Assembly: GCA_964401715.1 (NCBI GenBank)
Contig: CAYNZV010000001.1
Coordinates: 7,649-71,648 of the forward strand
Reading direction: 5' to 3'
Length of the DNA stretch: 64,000 nt
From: an uncultured Gemmatimonadaceae bacterium
Lineage (GTDB): Bacteria; Latescibacterota; UBA2968; UBA8231
The notes under the pieces are model-generated. The model saw nothing but the letters and a program-made list of their open reading frames with translations, made no database searches and was not told the origin of the DNA. Of the stretch, positions 62,360-64,000 are shown one piece after another. A program made the translations under genes and the position numbers. The first letter of the stretch is position 1. Each line of letters opens with the position of its first letter.

Positions 62360-63670
62360 TTAAAGCAACCCCGGAAGCCAGAGGGCAACCTGCGGCGCCA
62401 GCAGCACGATCGCCAGCCCGACCAGCTGCAGAATGATAAACGGCCACAGGCCTGCGAAGATATCCTGCAGGCTGATATTGGGCGGAGCCACTCCCTTCAA
62501 GTAGAAAGCGGCCGGACCAAAGGGCGGCGAAAGATAAGAGACCTGCATGTTCATGCAGAAGAGCACCCCGAACCAGACCGGGTCGTAGCCAAGGCTTACG
62601 ATGACCGGTACAAAGATCGGTACGGTTAAAAGCAGGATGCCCACCCAGTCCATGAACAGACCCATAACCACGAGAATGCCCATCATGATCAGGACAACGC
62701 CGATGGGACCGAGCTCGAGACCTATCACCACCGACTTAACGAAAGTCGTTCCACCCAGCAGGTTGTAAACGCCGATCAACGCCGTGGCACCGAAGGTTAG
62801 CCACAAGAGCATGCCGCAGGTGTTCATCGTCTGCAGCGCCGATTCGCGCACTGCCCGCCAGTTCAACTCCCTGCGCATTAGGGCGGCGATCAACGTACCG
62901 ACGACTCCCATGCCAGCTGCTTCACTCACGGAAGCGATGCCGCCATAGATGCTGCCAAGCACCCACGCTGCTACCGACAACGGCAGGAATAGATTCTTGA
63001 ACAAGGCGAGCTTCTGCAGAAACGGCATCTGACGTTCTTCGAGAGGGGCAGGAGGACCGAGTGCGGGATTGATGCAGCAGCGTACCAGGATGTAGGTGAG
63101 ATAGAGGGCTGCTAGCAGAAAGCCCGGTACGATGGTAGCGATAAAGAGATCGCCGATGGGGACGTTAGCGGTCAGGCCGTAGATGATGAGCACGATGCTT
63201 GGCGGGATCATGGTGCCCAGCGAACCGCCGGCACAGATCGTGCCCACCGCCAGGTTCTTGTTGTACCCAAGACGCAGCATCTGGGGCAGGGCGATCATGC
63301 CGAGCAGAACGATCTCGCCGCCAATGATACCGGTCATCGCCGCCATGATCATTGCGACAATCAGCGTCTGTAGCGCCAAACCGCCGCGCAAACCGCCGCC
63401 CCAAACGTGCATAGCACGGTAGAGATCGCGCGCCACGCCGGTGCGCTCCATCAGCGATGCCATCATGATGAACATAGGCACGGCCACCAGAACGTATTCG
63501 CTCATGAAGCTGTATATACGGCTGCCGATCAAACCCAGCACGGCTGGTCCGAACTTCCACATGCCAACCGTTACGGCGACGGAGCCAGTGACGAAAGCCA
63601 GCGGTAGACCCATCACCAGCAGGATCGCAATGGCGAGAACGATTACGAGAGTGAGAAGACCAATATCCAT
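62360..63670 (-). CDS. dctM: TRAP transporter large permease subunit
   Basis: 436 aa with about 12 TM segments. DctM-type blocks are present: GLPLAFVTGSVAV, ERTGVARDLYRAM, GGLALQTLIVAMIMAAMTG, GTMIPPSIVLIIYG. Confidence 0.85.
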   Translation of the reverse strand: MDIGLLTLVIVLAIAILLVMGLPLAFVTGSVAVTVGMWKFGPAVLGLIGSRIYSFMSEYVLVAVPMFIMMASLMERTGVARDLYRAMHVWGGGLRGGLALQTLIVAMIMAAMTGIIGGEIVLLGMIALPQMLRLGYNKNLAVGTICAGGSLGTMIPPSIVLIIYGLTANVPIGDLFIATIVPGFLLAALYLTYILVRCCINPALGPPAPLEERQMPFLQKLALFKNLFLPLSVAAWVLGSIYGGIASVSEAAGMGVVGTLIAALMRRELNWRAVRESALQTMNTCGMLLWLTFGATALIGVYNLLGGTTFVKSVVIGLELGPIGVVLIMMGILVVMGLFMDWVGILLLTVPIFVPVIVSLGYDPVWFGVLFCMNMQVSYLSPPFGPAAFYLKGVAPPNISLQDIFAGLWPFIILQLVGLAIVLLAPQVALWLPGLL

Positions 63671-63688
63671 CAGAAGCGCAAACCCGTC

Positions 63689-64000
63689 CTAAACTTTGCG
63701 ACGCAGCTCGCGAACGAGATGCACCAAACCCTGAAGGATCATGAGCGTGACTCCGACGACGAGTAGCGATTTGAGGGTGACGGGGATGGGCAGGTCGGAG
63801 GCGGTGCCGGTGCGCTCCATCACCTTGATTGACTTTCCGGCCTGCACGGCGGCGCCGTACGCTAGGGCGGTTAGGAAGTAGAGGGCGACGATCGCATTGA
63901 CGACGTTGAGCCAATGACGGGCTCTCGGAGATACTGAGTCGATGACCAGACTGATGCGAATGTGATCGCGCCGCTGCAAGGTGTAGGAGCCTGCGATGAT
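63689..64000 (-). CDS. dctQ: TRAP transporter small permease subunit, 5'-partial (runs off the window)
   Basis: The frame is open to base 64000 (..IIAGSYTLQRRDHIRISLVIDSVSPRARHWLNVVNAIVAL..), the typical DctQ 'HI.vD' region. Lies 18 nt upstream of dctM on the same strand. Confidence 0.7.
   Translation of the reverse strand: MIAGSYTLQRRDHIRISLVIDSVSPRARHWLNVVNAIVALYFLTALAYGAAVQAGKSIKVMERTGTASDLPIPVTLKSLLVVGVTLMILQGLVHLVRELRRKV

Noticed and set aside
63165-63914. 249-aa minus-strand ORF in an alternative frame over dctM/dctQ
   Set aside because: It is an Arg/His/Gly-rich off-frame product. The DctM and DctQ frames have the expected hydrophobic TM pattern.
1-64000. Scan for CRISPR arrays, rRNA/tRNA genes, transposases, integrases, phage genes, toxin-antitoxin or known defence-system genes
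   Set aside because: I found none by eye. The only long repeat is the LSP-C/D duplication, which has no terminal inverted repeats or transposase.

Overview
Densely coding 64-kb window, by eye about 55-60% GC, with one clearly lower-GC island at about 16.8-18.6 kb. I recognised no rRNA, tRNA, CRISPR array, transposase, integrase or phage genes. The content looks like a glycan/organosulfate-scavenging accessory region of an uncultured-type Gram-negative bacterium; the taxon cannot be determined from the sequence alone.

Recognisable genes:
- two Cys-type sulfatases
- three paralogous leaderless beta-propeller glycoside-hydrolase-like proteins, plus a decayed fourth
- two BNR/sialidase-like propellers and a 1080-aa sortilin/VPS10-type BNR protein
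- three PhyH-family dioxygenases
- Gfo/Idh/MocA oxidoreductases, amidohydrolases and an RraA/HMG-aldolase-like protein
- an SGNH hydrolase and a fatty-acid-hydroxylase-family protein
- a Tat-exported DUF839/PhoX-like protein
- a TRAP transporter (DctM and partial DctQ)
- a fused double-DUF1538 membrane protein followed by a three-repeat P-II-like protein

The most unusual part is 28.3-51.2 kb. It holds four paralogous genes for about 970-990-aa signal-peptide proteins, here called LSP-A to LSP-D. They carry thrombospondin-type-3-like acidic DxDxDG repeats and a beta-barrel-like C-terminal half, and I cannot assign them to any known family. They are interleaved with two ASPIC/UnbV FG-GAP (CRTAC1-type) proteins, a membrane-anchored TPR protein, a BNR propeller and a T9SS-type C-terminal-domain cargo protein.

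LSP-C and LSP-D share an apparently perfect 2,842-bp direct repeat at a constant offset of 10,042 bp. It covers almost exactly the mature-protein coding region, while promoters and signal peptides differ.

The window also carries several gene remnants: an alcohol dehydrogenase, two T9SS C-terminal-domain fragments, a beta-propeller remnant and a frameshifted oxidoreductase. All functional calls rest on motif recognition by eye. No database search was run.
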